64,000 nt of DNA, from positions 124,001 to 188,000 of the IMG/VR virus record IMGVR_UViG_3300025012_000028; one strand, written 5' to 3'. The notes under the pieces are model-generated. The model ran no database searches and was not told the origin of the DNA. It saw only the letters and a program-made list of their open reading frames with translations. The position numbers were made by a program, and so were the translations under genes. Below, one piece after another: positions 1-9,753 of this stretch (its first letter is position 1; each line of letters begins with the position of its first letter).

Positions 1-22
1 AACCTCCTTGTCATTTTTAGAA

Positions 23-50
23 ATTATAACAGGATTAATTTAAAAGTCAA
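23..50 (-). promoter_or_regulatory. sigma70-type early promoter (TTGACT-16-TATAAT, extended TGn)
   Basis: Minus strand reads TTGACT TTTAAATTAATCCTGT TATAAT, with an AGGAGG RBS at the window edge. Confidence 0.8.
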
Positions 51-87
51 GAACATATAGGTATGGTAGATTGCCGTATAAACCAGA

Positions 88-134
88 AACTAAGAAGAGG
101 ATCAGAACTAAATCCAATCCTCTTCTTAGTTTTT
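88..134. terminator. intrinsic terminator hairpin
   Basis: AACTAAGAAGAGGAT...ATCCTCTTCTTAGTT inverted repeat directly after the stop of 136..1080. Confidence 0.75.
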
Positions 135-135
135 C

Positions 136-1080
136 TTAAAGTTTACCACCCGCCAGTTTAGTAGCTATTTCCAGAGCCTTTTGGTTGGTATTAACATCAG
201 CACCGAACCAGAGAGAATGGAGACGATTATCTTTGGTTCGCCCCTTATCCCAAGTGAGATATTCGGTGATGGCGTTGTATGCGTTCCATGCTGTTCCAGC
301 ACCCAATTCATGACCTTTACCAGTTTCATAAAAGAGTTCGATTTTCTCTATAGTGGAAGACCGCAGTTCTTTTACTTCACCTTCTTCCTCTTTACCCAGA
401 ACGGCAGTGACATACTTTTCCAAATCTTTTTTAAGGATGGATTTGGAAGCGAGAAATTTATATTGTTCCATTGTTGCAATGAAATCCCTGTTTGCCAGAT
501 CCATTACTTCGCGGACCTTTTCCAGTGTGAGTGCTGCACTTTTGGTATGCTTCATTCTGAGAAGCTTACTGGAACTGGAATTGTGAGCAGCAGACAGAGT
601 GTTCCAACAAACGACTCGTTGTGGAGTAAAACCAGAACGAATAGAAAGAGTGCCGTCATGTGAATGAGAAAGAAGGATGCGCGATTCTACTTCATCACCC
701 TTAACCACTTCACCCTTAATCGCGGTTTTGGCTTGAACCCAGATCACCCTACCTTCTTTAAGAGAACCAGCAGTTTCAAATTCAGCAGAACGAGATTCGA
801 TGAATGGTGCAAACCATTGAAATGCTTCATTGTTTTGGAGTATATGGTATCTGTCACCCACGACACCGAAGATTTTGCCGTCCGATTCCCTGCGCGACAC
901 CTTGGCTTTGGGGATCAGAGTTCCATCGGAAAGATATGCATCTTCAAGAGATACCTTCCAATCCAGACCAGCAACCTTCATCATCTCCGAAGGAGAGATG
1001 AAACCATTCTGAATTTTAGTTCCAAGACCGTGCCAAGGGGTTCCACCAACGTAACCAATGGTTTCGATTTCTGCGCTCAT
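136..1080 (-). CDS. DUF932 / TIGR03299-type phage/plasmid protein
   Basis: PWHGLG, AGLDW.V, ETAGSL..G, SHDG, RVVCWNTL and GTAWNAYNA.TEY motifs; GGAG RBS. Confidence 0.85.
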   Translation of the reverse strand: MSAEIETIGYVGGTPWHGLGTKIQNGFISPSEMMKVAGLDWKVSLEDAYLSDGTLIPKAKVSRRESDGKIFGVVGDRYHILQNNEAFQWFAPFIESRSAEFETAGSLKEGRVIWVQAKTAIKGEVVKGDEVESRILLSHSHDGTLSIRSGFTPQRVVCWNTLSAAHNSSSSKLLRMKHTKSAALTLEKVREVMDLANRDFIATMEQYKFLASKSILKKDLEKYVTAVLGKEEEGEVKELRSSTIEKIELFYETGKGHELGAGTAWNAYNAITEYLTWDKGRTKDNRLHSLWFGADVNTNQKALEIATKLAGGKL

Positions 1081-1122
1081 GTCTATCTCCTTTTACTTGG
1101 TGTGTGATTAACTTATGAATAG

Positions 1123-1151
1123 ACTATACCACCAATCTTATTTAAAGTCAA
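1123..1151 (-). promoter_or_regulatory. sigma70-type early promoter
   Basis: TTGACT-17-TATAGT upstream of the DUF932 gene. Confidence 0.8.
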
Positions 1152-1359
1152 GAGTTTTTATTTTAAATTTACTTTCCCCCATACATATTTCGGTTTGACG
1201 ATCTTGTTGTTCCGATCTACCAACTCCCCACGGATATATTCTGCCGTAATCCCATCTTTCTCAAGGAGAATCCTAGTTGGTAGTTCCTCACCATTCGGAT
1301 CACCATCGACTCTCAACAATTCAAATTCAACTCCACCTAAAATAAGTTTACTTATTGGG

Positions 1360-1599
1360 TTATCTCCTATCCTCGATAAGTTTCCTTTCATCCAGACCAT
1401 CAAAACAACTCGGATCACCAAACCTACGTGCAGAGGCTTCTATCTGGTAAGCACATTCTTCACAATACCACTTGTTGGTAGCTTTGTTATAGAAGTGCGC
1501 TGAGTTAGGTTCTTGACAAGCGGTTCTGTTGCAGTTCTCACCTTGCTTCCCTTTGCCCTCAGAAATTCCAATCCAGTTGCCATGTCTATCACGGCTCAT
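1360..1599 (-). CDS. small Cys-rich phage hypothetical protein
   Basis: CNRTAC...YCEECA putative zinc finger; GGAG RBS. Confidence 0.6.
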   Translation of the reverse strand: MSRDRHGNWIGISEGKGKQGENCNRTACQEPNSAHFYNKATNKWYCEECAYQIEASARRFGDPSCFDGLDERKLIEDRR

Positions 1600-2042
1600 T
1601 TAGTTATCTCCTTATAATGGTTTCACTAGCCATTCAATGAAAGCTTTGACTTTTGGAATCTGTTTTGTTTTTATACAGAACTCATTAACACCCCACACGA
1701 TCAATATTACCATACCCCAAATTATAGTACCGAGAAATAAAACAAAATAACAAATAATTCTGAGACGGTTGATTTTTGTTAAATCACCTTCCAATCCCTC
1801 ACACTCATTAAAAAGATAGAAAGAGATACCCACACCACCATAATTCCAAATTCAGTTTCAGACATTTATTCCCTCGTTAATCATCATACCAACCATCATC
1901 ATAGAAGTCAGGAACCAGTGCGGCCCAATTCCTATGACACTGCTGGTAATATTCATTATCCCTCAAATCCGATTCGGAGATGAATTTACGATCAAGAACA
2001 TCTTCATATGCTTGGTGATTGATTTCATCGTTGGTCATTTTA

Positions 2043-4290
2043 TTACTCCTTTATGTTTTGAAGTCTGGTGATAAGATCCTGAATCCCTTTCTGGCAACTC
2101 TCCAATGTGGAAGTGTCAATGTCATTCAACACTTTAATTAATGAATCCGCATATACAGATACACGTTCCACTTCCTCTTCTTCATAATCGCCCTCCCTGA
2201 AGATGATATCAACCAGTTCTTGAGGACATCCTTCATCTTCGGGGAAATCATATGAAGAACTACACACACAACCTTCCCCACGATCATCGAGATATTTTTG
2301 TAGAGCAAGCGCACCTTCTTTAGTGAAAGGAAATCTTTTCTCGTTTTTCTCGTCAATCATGGACGAAGAAACGAACTCCTTTGTTTTGTTATCCATTCCG
2401 AGTTGAATCATAAATCCTTTTAAATCCTCTGTCGATAAGAAGGATGGATCTTAAGTAAGTCTCCTTGTGGGAACATGCCCCGCTTCACAGAGAGGACAAG
2501 TGGATTTGGAATGTATGAAGTCATTATACTTTTCTTCATCTACCCACCCAAGGGGATACCAAGTGAGTGATTCGGGTTTGGGAAACCAGTTTATAATCAT
2601 ACAATTCTAATCTCCTCTCCCCGTTTGGAAGCTTCCAGAATATCCCTCAGACCTTGAGTGAAACATATATCACCACGCTCGGTTCTTTCCAGAAAGTCAA
2701 TTGCTTCAACCAAAGCAGATTCAAAATTGGATTTATACATCTTAACCATTTTTACCTCCCTTTGCAGATGATATGAATGAGTGTGGTGTTATCAGTGCAT
2801 GATTGTTTATCACCATACCCCCAATCAACCATATAAGAATTGCTTTTAAATTCCAACTGAACATTCACAATTTGTTCGTCGGTTATGTCGTTGCTTGTGA
2901 TAATTCTATTAATTTCTCGTTCGATGTCGTAGGTGTTATGGGTCTTTATATCTCCTTCAAAAATCTCTATCATCTAATCACCTCCTCAATTTTTATCTCA
3001 ATGGATTTGTACCACACCGCAATTTCTTTCAAAGTGATGCGCTTAATGAAAAGATTGACCAGAACATAATCAATCGGAATGCAGACCAGAGACACCATCC
3101 AGAATACAATTTTAATTACTTTTTTCATAACCCCTCCGGTTTGACAGGATGATCGACCAAATGATAAGCTTCGTTATTAGACGAACAAACCAAAGAATCG
3201 TCTGTATCAATAAAAACCACTGTTGTGTTGTGATCATTATCAACATCACAAACCTGTAATGAAGCCAACTCACAAATCATTGCTTCTGCTGTTGTAATTT
3301 TATACCTATTCATCGTATCCATAACAGAAAAAACTTGTTTAGCGTTAAGAAGTTTTTCAGCAAGAGTACGATAGATAGAATAAACATCGGATTTATATTC
3401 TGAACTATCGTCACCGAAACAACGATGGTCACAAACCCGCTGAATATATGCCATCCGTTCTTCGCCCGCATTTTTATAAACTTCTTTGTGCGCCCAATAC
3501 TTGGCTACCAGCAGCAACATGGATTCATCTTGGTTGAGTATGATCATTCACATCCTCCTTTATTTGGAAATGGTGATAGAAGCAATGATGGTATAAGTAT
3601 TGTCCTTGGTAGATATTTTAGGTTGTCTACTTCTCTTAACAACATATTGCATCGGCATTGTTCCTGCCCACAACAATTGTAGATCATTGTTGAATTGTCT
3701 AACCATGAGAATTTTCCCACTTTCGCAAACCAATTTATCAATCACTTTATACACATCGGTGTTGTAAACGTTTCTGTAAACAATCACTTCTCTATAATAA
3801 GTGATATATTCATTGTTAGAAAACTGATCCCTCGGATTCACCAACGTATTTTCATCGGGGTTAGATAAATCTAACCCCCTGTAGAGTTCTATATCTCCCA
3901 TTTGATCAGTTCCACCAGTTCGGAAAATTCACCATAAGCGCCAGAGAATGAGTTATCTTTTCTCCACGCCAGATCAAAACACATGTCACGTTTGGGATTA
4001 TTCACCACACCAAACTCTTCGAAAAGACAATCTTTGAAAAGTTGGTGGATACGATCATGTTCTTCACGATATCTCTTCGCTTGCAATTTAAAAGATTTTT
4101 CATCATAATACGACTCGACAAGCGCAGAATGATGAATCTTTTTCAGATCGTCTTTCTCAGACTGTGAAACATCTTTGGCGATTACCGCCCCTCGATAATA
4201 CAGACAATATTTTGTAGCTGCTCCTTTGTTGGGATAAGGTACATTATTTTTAAATGCTCCTTCTGCTTCCAATTCGTAAAAAGTTTTCAT
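2043..4290 (-). CDS. run of small early hypothetical proteins (2043-2411, 2752-2973, 3125-3547, 3560-3901, 3889-4290 and short ORFs between)
   Basis: Tightly packed minus-strand ORFs, most with GGAG/GAGG RBS; no recognisable motifs. Confidence 0.6.
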
Positions 4291-4428
4291 TTCTTCTCTC
4301 CTTTTAAAATGGTAATAATTTCATGTAAGCAAAGTGCAATGTAGAACAAGGGTGCGAAAATTAAAATTGTAGCCCACACAAAAATTATCTGGTACTGGTT
4401 CATATTCTACCTCCCAAATTGATATGTG

Positions 4429-4457
4429 ATACTAACACCATTTTAAATTAAAGTCAA
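4429..4457 (-). promoter_or_regulatory. sigma70-type early promoter
   Basis: TTGACT TTAATTTAAAATGGTGT TAGTAT (17-nt spacer). Confidence 0.7.
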
Positions 4458-5197
4458 GAATTTAATTTGGGTTTGGAATTAACTTTCTCTTCCACCCCAC
4501 GGAAAATTCCATGTTTCTCGCCCTCGATAACTCCCGCTTGGTAAGCATTGGGATCGACATTCACGTTCTGCCCACCACCTTCAAAGCGATCCTTACCATA
4601 TTTTTCGTCCATGTATTTGTTAATGAGGGCATTTTTAATTACCACTAGCGCATTTACCTGTTCGGTTTCCTGTGCTGACATTTTAATTTCATTTTCCACT
4701 TTCAGAATTTTCAGCTTCTCGCACACAGCGTTGACGAAACCCAAGGAGAAATCCTGTTTAGCTCTCTTGCCTTTATGAGTCTTGTTGTACTCATTCGCCT
4801 TGTTCACCAGAATGGAACACATGTAAGCATAAACAAATGTAGATACCGACACATCGGCTCTTTTCCCGATGAAGCGGAGACTGGTTTCAAATTTGATTTT
4901 ATCTTCCCCAACGTTGGTTTTTACCATCATGGTTTTTACCATGAAACTTTCGGCCAGCCAATATGCAATTTGAATTGTATAATTTTCATCTGAGTGTGCC
5001 ACAGCAAAATCAATTTCAATCACTTCTTCATTTGGAGATTTACGAGAAAGATCCGTTTCATCGATGTTGTATTTCAACATCAACTTACGAGCCATGTCCA
5101 TAGCCGAAGCGGATTCTTCTGGGTATGGAGAGCTATTCGCCAGAGCCATTAGGCCCATGATCTGAGATAGGATTTTATTCAGTTTTTCGTTTTGCAT
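4454..5197 (-). CDS. DUF2786-domain protein
   Basis: N-terminal KI..LMALANSS...EES.SAMDMARKLMLKYNI; C-terminal F.LGF...V and AYQAG motifs. Confidence 0.8.
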   Translation of the reverse strand: MQNEKLNKILSQIMGLMALANSSPYPEESASAMDMARKLMLKYNIDETDLSRKSPNEEVIEIDFAVAHSDENYTIQIAYWLAESFMVKTMMVKTNVGEDKIKFETSLRFIGKRADVSVSTFVYAYMCSILVNKANEYNKTHKGKRAKQDFSLGFVNAVCEKLKILKVENEIKMSAQETEQVNALVVIKNALINKYMDEKYGKDRFEGGGQNVNVDPNAYQAGVIEGEKHGIFRGVEEKVNSKPKLNS

Positions 5198-5223
5198 AAC
5201 CCTTCCTCCTTTAATTTAAAAAG

Positions 5224-5251
5224 AGTATATCATAATTTAAATTAAAGTCAA
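5224..5251 (-). promoter_or_regulatory. sigma70-type early promoter
   Basis: TTGACT TTAATTTAAATTATGA TATACT. Confidence 0.75.
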
Positions 5252-5763
5252 GGATTTTCGGTAAATAAAATAGAATTACATACGGCAAGAATTTCAATAA
5301 TAATCTTCTTGTGAGTTTTCGTCAATTTTCTTTTCCGTGAAATATAGTTCACTAATTCAACTGTGTCTTGGACATACTGAAGTTTCGGGTTGTCCGACAC
5401 ATTACTAAGACGATCCACCAATTTCAGAACCAGAGCATAATTAGAAATGCCCAAGAGTTTCTTCTTGAAGTATTCATTCTTACCCAGAAGTTTAATTTGG
5501 TCTTCATCGGAAGTCAATTCGTACACCAAAGAAGCCACCAACGGGGTAAATTCGTTAGCGAGATCCACAAACGAAGTGGCAGTATCCTCAAGGGTGTCAT
5601 GAAGAATAGCAGCACACACCAATTCTTCAATGTGTTTGGAGCGTTTGAAGCTGGTCAGGAGATAGCTGGTATTGATAGGATGGGTGACGTAAGGAAGACC
5701 AGAACCTTTCCGAACCTGATCCTTGTGTTTCTTCTCCGCAAATTTGAGTGCTTTATATATCAT
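5248..5763 (-). CDS. HD-domain small alarmone hydrolase (SpoT/Mesh1-like)
   Basis: A..FA.KKH.DQ.RKGSG.PY.THP, AAILHDTLEDT and LKLVDRLSN motifs; likely start MIYKALK. Confidence 0.85.
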   Translation of the reverse strand: MIYKALKFAEKKHKDQVRKGSGLPYVTHPINTSYLLTSFKRSKHIEELVCAAILHDTLEDTATSFVDLANEFTPLVASLVYELTSDEDQIKLLGKNEYFKKKLLGISNYALVLKLVDRLSNVSDNPKLQYVQDTVELVNYISRKRKLTKTHKKIIIEILAVCNSILFTENP

Positions 5764-5999
5764 AGTCCCACCTTCGGAAAATAAAATCTTTTCACCCAAT
5801 CAATTGCACTCACACACATTTCCCTATCGGGAACATCATTCTTTTTGCCGTGAGATGATTGTTTCCAGTTGACAATATCGTAATACCAATATGTGACTTC
5901 GGTATCATCATAATACCAATATGTGTCTTTGGTATCACGAAAGGAATGAAGAGACTCAACCACTTCCAAAATATCCCCATCCAATTTATAAGAAAGCAT
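5760..5999 (-). CDS. hypothetical protein with an internal 10-aa duplication
   Basis: TYWYYD occurs twice; imperfect 30-nt tandem repeat at 5881-5940. Confidence 0.6.
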   Translation of the reverse strand: MLSYKLDGDILEVVESLHSFRDTKDTYWYYDDTEVTYWYYDIVNWKQSSHGKKNDVPDREMCVSAIDWVKRFYFPKVGL

Positions 6000-6008
6000 T
6001 AGTTTCTC

Positions 6009-6335
6009 CTAATTTTTATTCTTGCTCCAAAATATATCTGCACTCCGCATTGCAGCTTCAATCCTTGCCCTACCAATAGGGTTTGCAGAATGGATATTCC
6101 ATTTGATGGGATCTAGTGTTTGATGATATGCGCGTGATTCGATGTATGCTGCTACATCATAACCAGTCCCACATTTTTCATCACCTAGATCATGATCAAA
6201 ATCTATTTCAGACACAACACCAGTTGAAATATATTCGATGGCCTGTTTAGCTGTCGTGCATCCATACCACCCAACCGGCACATGGCGATCTGGTGTATTG
6301 GGATCGTGTATTTGATCATCTAACCACAGTTTCAT
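6009..6335 (-). CDS. cyclic-phosphate processing receiver-domain protein
   Basis: MKLWLDD..R, DFDHDLG...GYD and IHSANP.G motifs. Confidence 0.8.
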   Translation of the reverse strand: MKLWLDDQIHDPNTPDRHVPVGWYGCTTAKQAIEYISTGVVSEIDFDHDLGDEKCGTGYDVAAYIESRAYHQTLDPIKWNIHSANPIGRARIEAAMRSADIFWSKNKN

Positions 6336-6776
6336 TTTATCTCCTTTTAACATAAACCAGTGGAAGGAAAACCAACAACCACCACCACGAATAAGGAATT
6401 GCTCCCAGATTTTTCATGATGATGAAGAACACAAACGGACCTCCACCAATCCAATTATATGTTGTTTTCATTTATCCTCTCCGCAATCACAAATATCATA
6501 AGAACGTCCACAACCATCGCAGAACATGTCAGGATCGACACCAATTATTTTCACCTGTCCTGATTTATAATCGGCATGAAGATTGTCCCACGGGTGGTTG
6601 TAAGTTTCCCACTCGTCCTCATATACATCCTGATCCCAATCATACGAATCAAACCACCCTTCTTCTTCAATATCGTAGTGGTCAATTGATTCTTCGCTCA
6701 ACCTATCGTTGGTTATTTTACAGGATTCCACAAGTATATCTAAGAGAGTTTTACAAGATTCCATATCTTCCTCCTT

Positions 6777-7109
6777 TTATTTCAAGATAGTCCAACCACG
6801 GCGATCACACATATGGTAAACTTTACCTTCACTGGTATACTCGACAACCACATCACCCACAGACATGGAAGAATGTAGCGAGGGGTATTCGGTTCCGAGT
6901 GGATCATCACCATGAAGTTTTTCAATGTATTTAATGATTTCGATGGGGTGGGCAATATTCAGAATTCGATAAACATCATCGACATCTTCAGCCTTGACGA
7001 TACCAACCGATATAAAATCGTTGGAAGTGAGGAATTCTTCTATGGAATGGACTTTGGGGGAAAAGAAGTCAGAACTCTTCATGTTGTAAACTGCGAGGAA
7101 TTGTTTCAT
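6777..7109 (-). CDS. YodL-like protein
   Basis: LN..HP...HSSMSVGDVVV...CDRRGW; start MKQFLAV after an AGGAG RBS. Confidence 0.65.
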   Translation of the reverse strand: MKQFLAVYNMKSSDFFSPKVHSIEEFLTSNDFISVGIVKAEDVDDVYRILNIAHPIEIIKYIEKLHGDDPLGTEYPSLHSSMSVGDVVVEYTSEGKVYHMCDRRGWTILK

Positions 7110-7141
7110 GGTATCTCTCCTTTGTCGTTGATGGTAAGGAG

Positions 7142-7170
7142 AGAATACCACGATTTTAAATTAAAGTCAA
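7142..7170 (-). promoter_or_regulatory. sigma70-type early promoter
   Basis: TTGACT TTAATTTAAAATCGTGG TATTCT (17-nt spacer). Confidence 0.75.
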
Positions 7171-7184
7171 GGATTTATTTTGAG

Positions 7185-7523
7185 TTATTTACCGAGATAA
7201 TAAACTGTAAGGAGAATTACGGAGGTATGAAGAAACTGATCAAACCCGATGGAGGTAAAGAATTCATGCCTCCTTTCTTTTGCCCATAGATACGAGTTGA
7301 TTCTACTGGTCACACCATCAATGATGATATGGGAAACAAAAGCAATTGCTCCAAATTTCAAATCCAAAAACCAAAAGGGAATAGAATAAACGAAACAATG
7401 GATACCCAACCATTTGAGAGATTTGGATTTGTTGACTGCCATTTCATCTGTTTGCCAAACAAAATCAAAAACCCAATGTGCTAAATTCAAAACCAAAAGT
7501 AGACATAAAAGTTGAGAGGACAT
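7185..7523 (-). CDS. DUF3307 membrane protein
   Basis: AHWVFDFVWQ...MA.NK, H...Y, SHIIID and GFDQFLH motifs. Confidence 0.8.
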   Translation of the reverse strand: MSSQLLCLLLVLNLAHWVFDFVWQTDEMAVNKSKSLKWLGIHCFVYSIPFWFLDLKFGAIAFVSHIIIDGVTSRINSYLWAKERRHEFFTSIGFDQFLHTSVILLTVYYLGK

Positions 7524-7576
7524 TTGTTCTCCTTAAGAATTATAGATTTCCAACCACTTGAAATAGGTTTGGTATA

Positions 7577-7978
7577 TTAAACTCCTACCTGAAAGATTTC
7601 TTCACCCTCAAAATCTTGCCAGATGTTTTTCATATTTTCCAGAATGTTTGTAGGAACATCATGAATATTCCCAAAATCATTACAGCACTTGATAACTGTC
7701 AGATCGTAACCATGTTTCTCTGCCAAATCAACATAACGTTTAAATGCTTTCCTCTTGCTAAAGACACCAGAAATAGTGACATCAATCTTATGATCTACAC
7801 ACTGACACACCAACTCATACATCTTTTCAATTCCTGCCTGAAGTCTCTCAGGAGTCCAAAGGTACTTACCATCGGTGATTAGAAATTGATCCGACTCAAG
7901 GTGGACAGTATTGAAAGTTTTTGCTAATGTACTCTTGCCACTTCCCGGCAACCCTCGTAATATCCGCAGTTTTGGCAT
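7577..7978 (-). CDS. AAA_33-type P-loop (polynucleotide-kinase-like) protein
   Basis: ILRGLPGSGKSTLA Walker A, E.D.F, and NIHDVP C-terminal motif. Confidence 0.8.
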   Translation of the reverse strand: MPKLRILRGLPGSGKSTLAKTFNTVHLESDQFLITDGKYLWTPERLQAGIEKMYELVCQCVDHKIDVTISGVFSKRKAFKRYVDLAEKHGYDLTVIKCCNDFGNIHDVPTNILENMKNIWQDFEGEEIFQVGV

Positions 7979-8457
7979 TTAATATCCTCTCTTTCGTATA
8001 GCTTCTTTGTGATTGGTGCGGATTACATTTTCAAAATAAGAAAAAATTTGCGGATATAAATGGTGACTATTTCTTTCTTGATACCATATAACTGTAATTG
8101 TGTCAAGATAATAATTCCTCATAAACAAATTCGTCTGGATAAAAGTTCTCTTATCCTGTATCTTTTCCAATTCTTTCAATGAAATGCGGTAATCGGAAAA
8201 TAGACTCTGGAATTTGGAGTTGAGATGATTAAAATCCCCTTTAGGTAATTGTTTAAGCAAACACACCAATCGTTTTGCCGCAACGGTAGACCCGTAATTA
8301 TTGAGGTTCATCATCCCTCCTATAGACCGTTTCGTTGATTCGCACAGATTTAAATTCGCCTTTACCAATCAATACAATATCCAAATCTACAGAACAATCG
8401 ACACATATAAAGCTAAGTAAATCATAATCATCAAATTCAAAGAAAACATTTTCGTGT

Positions 8458-9579
8458 TTACACATTTTGGCTCTCCCAGAAGTCTTTGATGGTGTTCACC
8501 AGAATCCCATTAATCTTCTCAAAATTGGCACTGTGGGGAAGTGTGGAAACCTTATATAGATCTTCGAACCTCAACATATATTGGTCACATATACCCATTA
8601 GTTCTTCGTACTTGTACTTACCATTTTTCACATCAAAAACGAATTCACGATCTTCCGGCTTAAGACGAACACTCAGAGTACCGTCCCTTAGAATTTCTTC
8701 ACCTTGAAGGAGCAATCTGAAAACATGACTCATGTGCTTGCTGTCATAACCGAATTTAGCTTCTAGTTCTGCACGTTTGGGATTTCGTTTCTCCATCCAT
8801 TCCTGATACTGTTTCCAATTGCTCATTGCCGCAGCATAGGTTTTCTCTTTGGCAAACACAACCATAACATCCGATTTGAAATGATCTTCACCAACGGCAA
8901 CCACAACATCCAACATATTGTTGAGGTTGTTTGCTACCACCGGGAAAACAAAATCGGAAAAGGCATCTTCCAAAACTTCACGAATATCAAACTCAAAGTA
9001 ATTCCGAAACACTGACTTGGTAATTTCATCAGCGGTTTCGGCCAATACCTCATTGATTGAGAATTTGAGACTTTCCTTGATAACATGTTCGATGCTTCCC
9101 ATCAGTTCCTTAGACATAGAACTAGGGTCAGGAAGTCCATAAGCGGCTCTTGTGGGCTTTTCCAGTATGGGATTCAACAGCCAGTGCCTATGAGATTTAA
9201 CACGCTTCAATTGGGAATATGCGTAACCAGTGTAGGTATGTTTCACCTTCTTAGTAAGGAACATGGATCGGAATTGTTTGAGTGCTTTCCAGTGTTCTGA
9301 TTCATAAATCAAACAGTCTTGGGAAATAAAAAAGAATTCCAAGATGTTGGGATTTCCTTTAATTGCCAAGTCTGTAAATTTTTTAATGTCGAAGATAGTA
9401 CGATCCGGTTCTTTGGAAACCTTCTGTTCAAAGTTATGAAGACCTAGATAATATTCGGGAGGGGAAATAGCAACACCACGATAATCGGTATCACTTTCCG
9501 GTGTCGATAGTCCATAAGCCTGACTACCAATGATGGCTTCAAAAATTATATTCTTTTCCAACCACGTTTCAGGATTCAT
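8458..9579 (-). CDS. RlaP/YcgL-like pol-beta superfamily nucleotidyltransferase
   Basis: GSQAYGLSTPESDTDYRG, GNPNILE, Y.GYAYSQ and GYDSKHMSHVFRLL motifs. Confidence 0.85.
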   Translation of the reverse strand: MNPETWLEKNIIFEAIIGSQAYGLSTPESDTDYRGVAISPPEYYLGLHNFEQKVSKEPDRTIFDIKKFTDLAIKGNPNILEFFFISQDCLIYESEHWKALKQFRSMFLTKKVKHTYTGYAYSQLKRVKSHRHWLLNPILEKPTRAAYGLPDPSSMSKELMGSIEHVIKESLKFSINEVLAETADEITKSVFRNYFEFDIREVLEDAFSDFVFPVVANNLNNMLDVVVAVGEDHFKSDVMVVFAKEKTYAAAMSNWKQYQEWMEKRNPKRAELEAKFGYDSKHMSHVFRLLLQGEEILRDGTLSVRLKPEDREFVFDVKNGKYKYEELMGICDQYMLRFEDLYKVSTLPHSANFEKINGILVNTIKDFWESQNV

Positions 9580-9753
9580 TACTCCCCCTCATAAATTTCT
9601 TTTACGTGTTTATCAATCTCCTTAGAACAGAGATGTTTCAATACGAGCAGTTGTTCTATTGTGGGACAATCTACTGTAACCTCACACTCATCATAGTAGC
9701 GGGAAATCTGAACTAGATTTTCGTAAATATAATTTTTAACTGCACTCATTTAA

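Noticed and set aside
3889-4290. MKTFYELEAE start (also MKTYTKKE at 10950) as T4-type capsid-targeting sequences
   Set aside because: These lie in sigma70 early units with no late promoter and do not match this phage's MISFK consensus; MKT starts are common.
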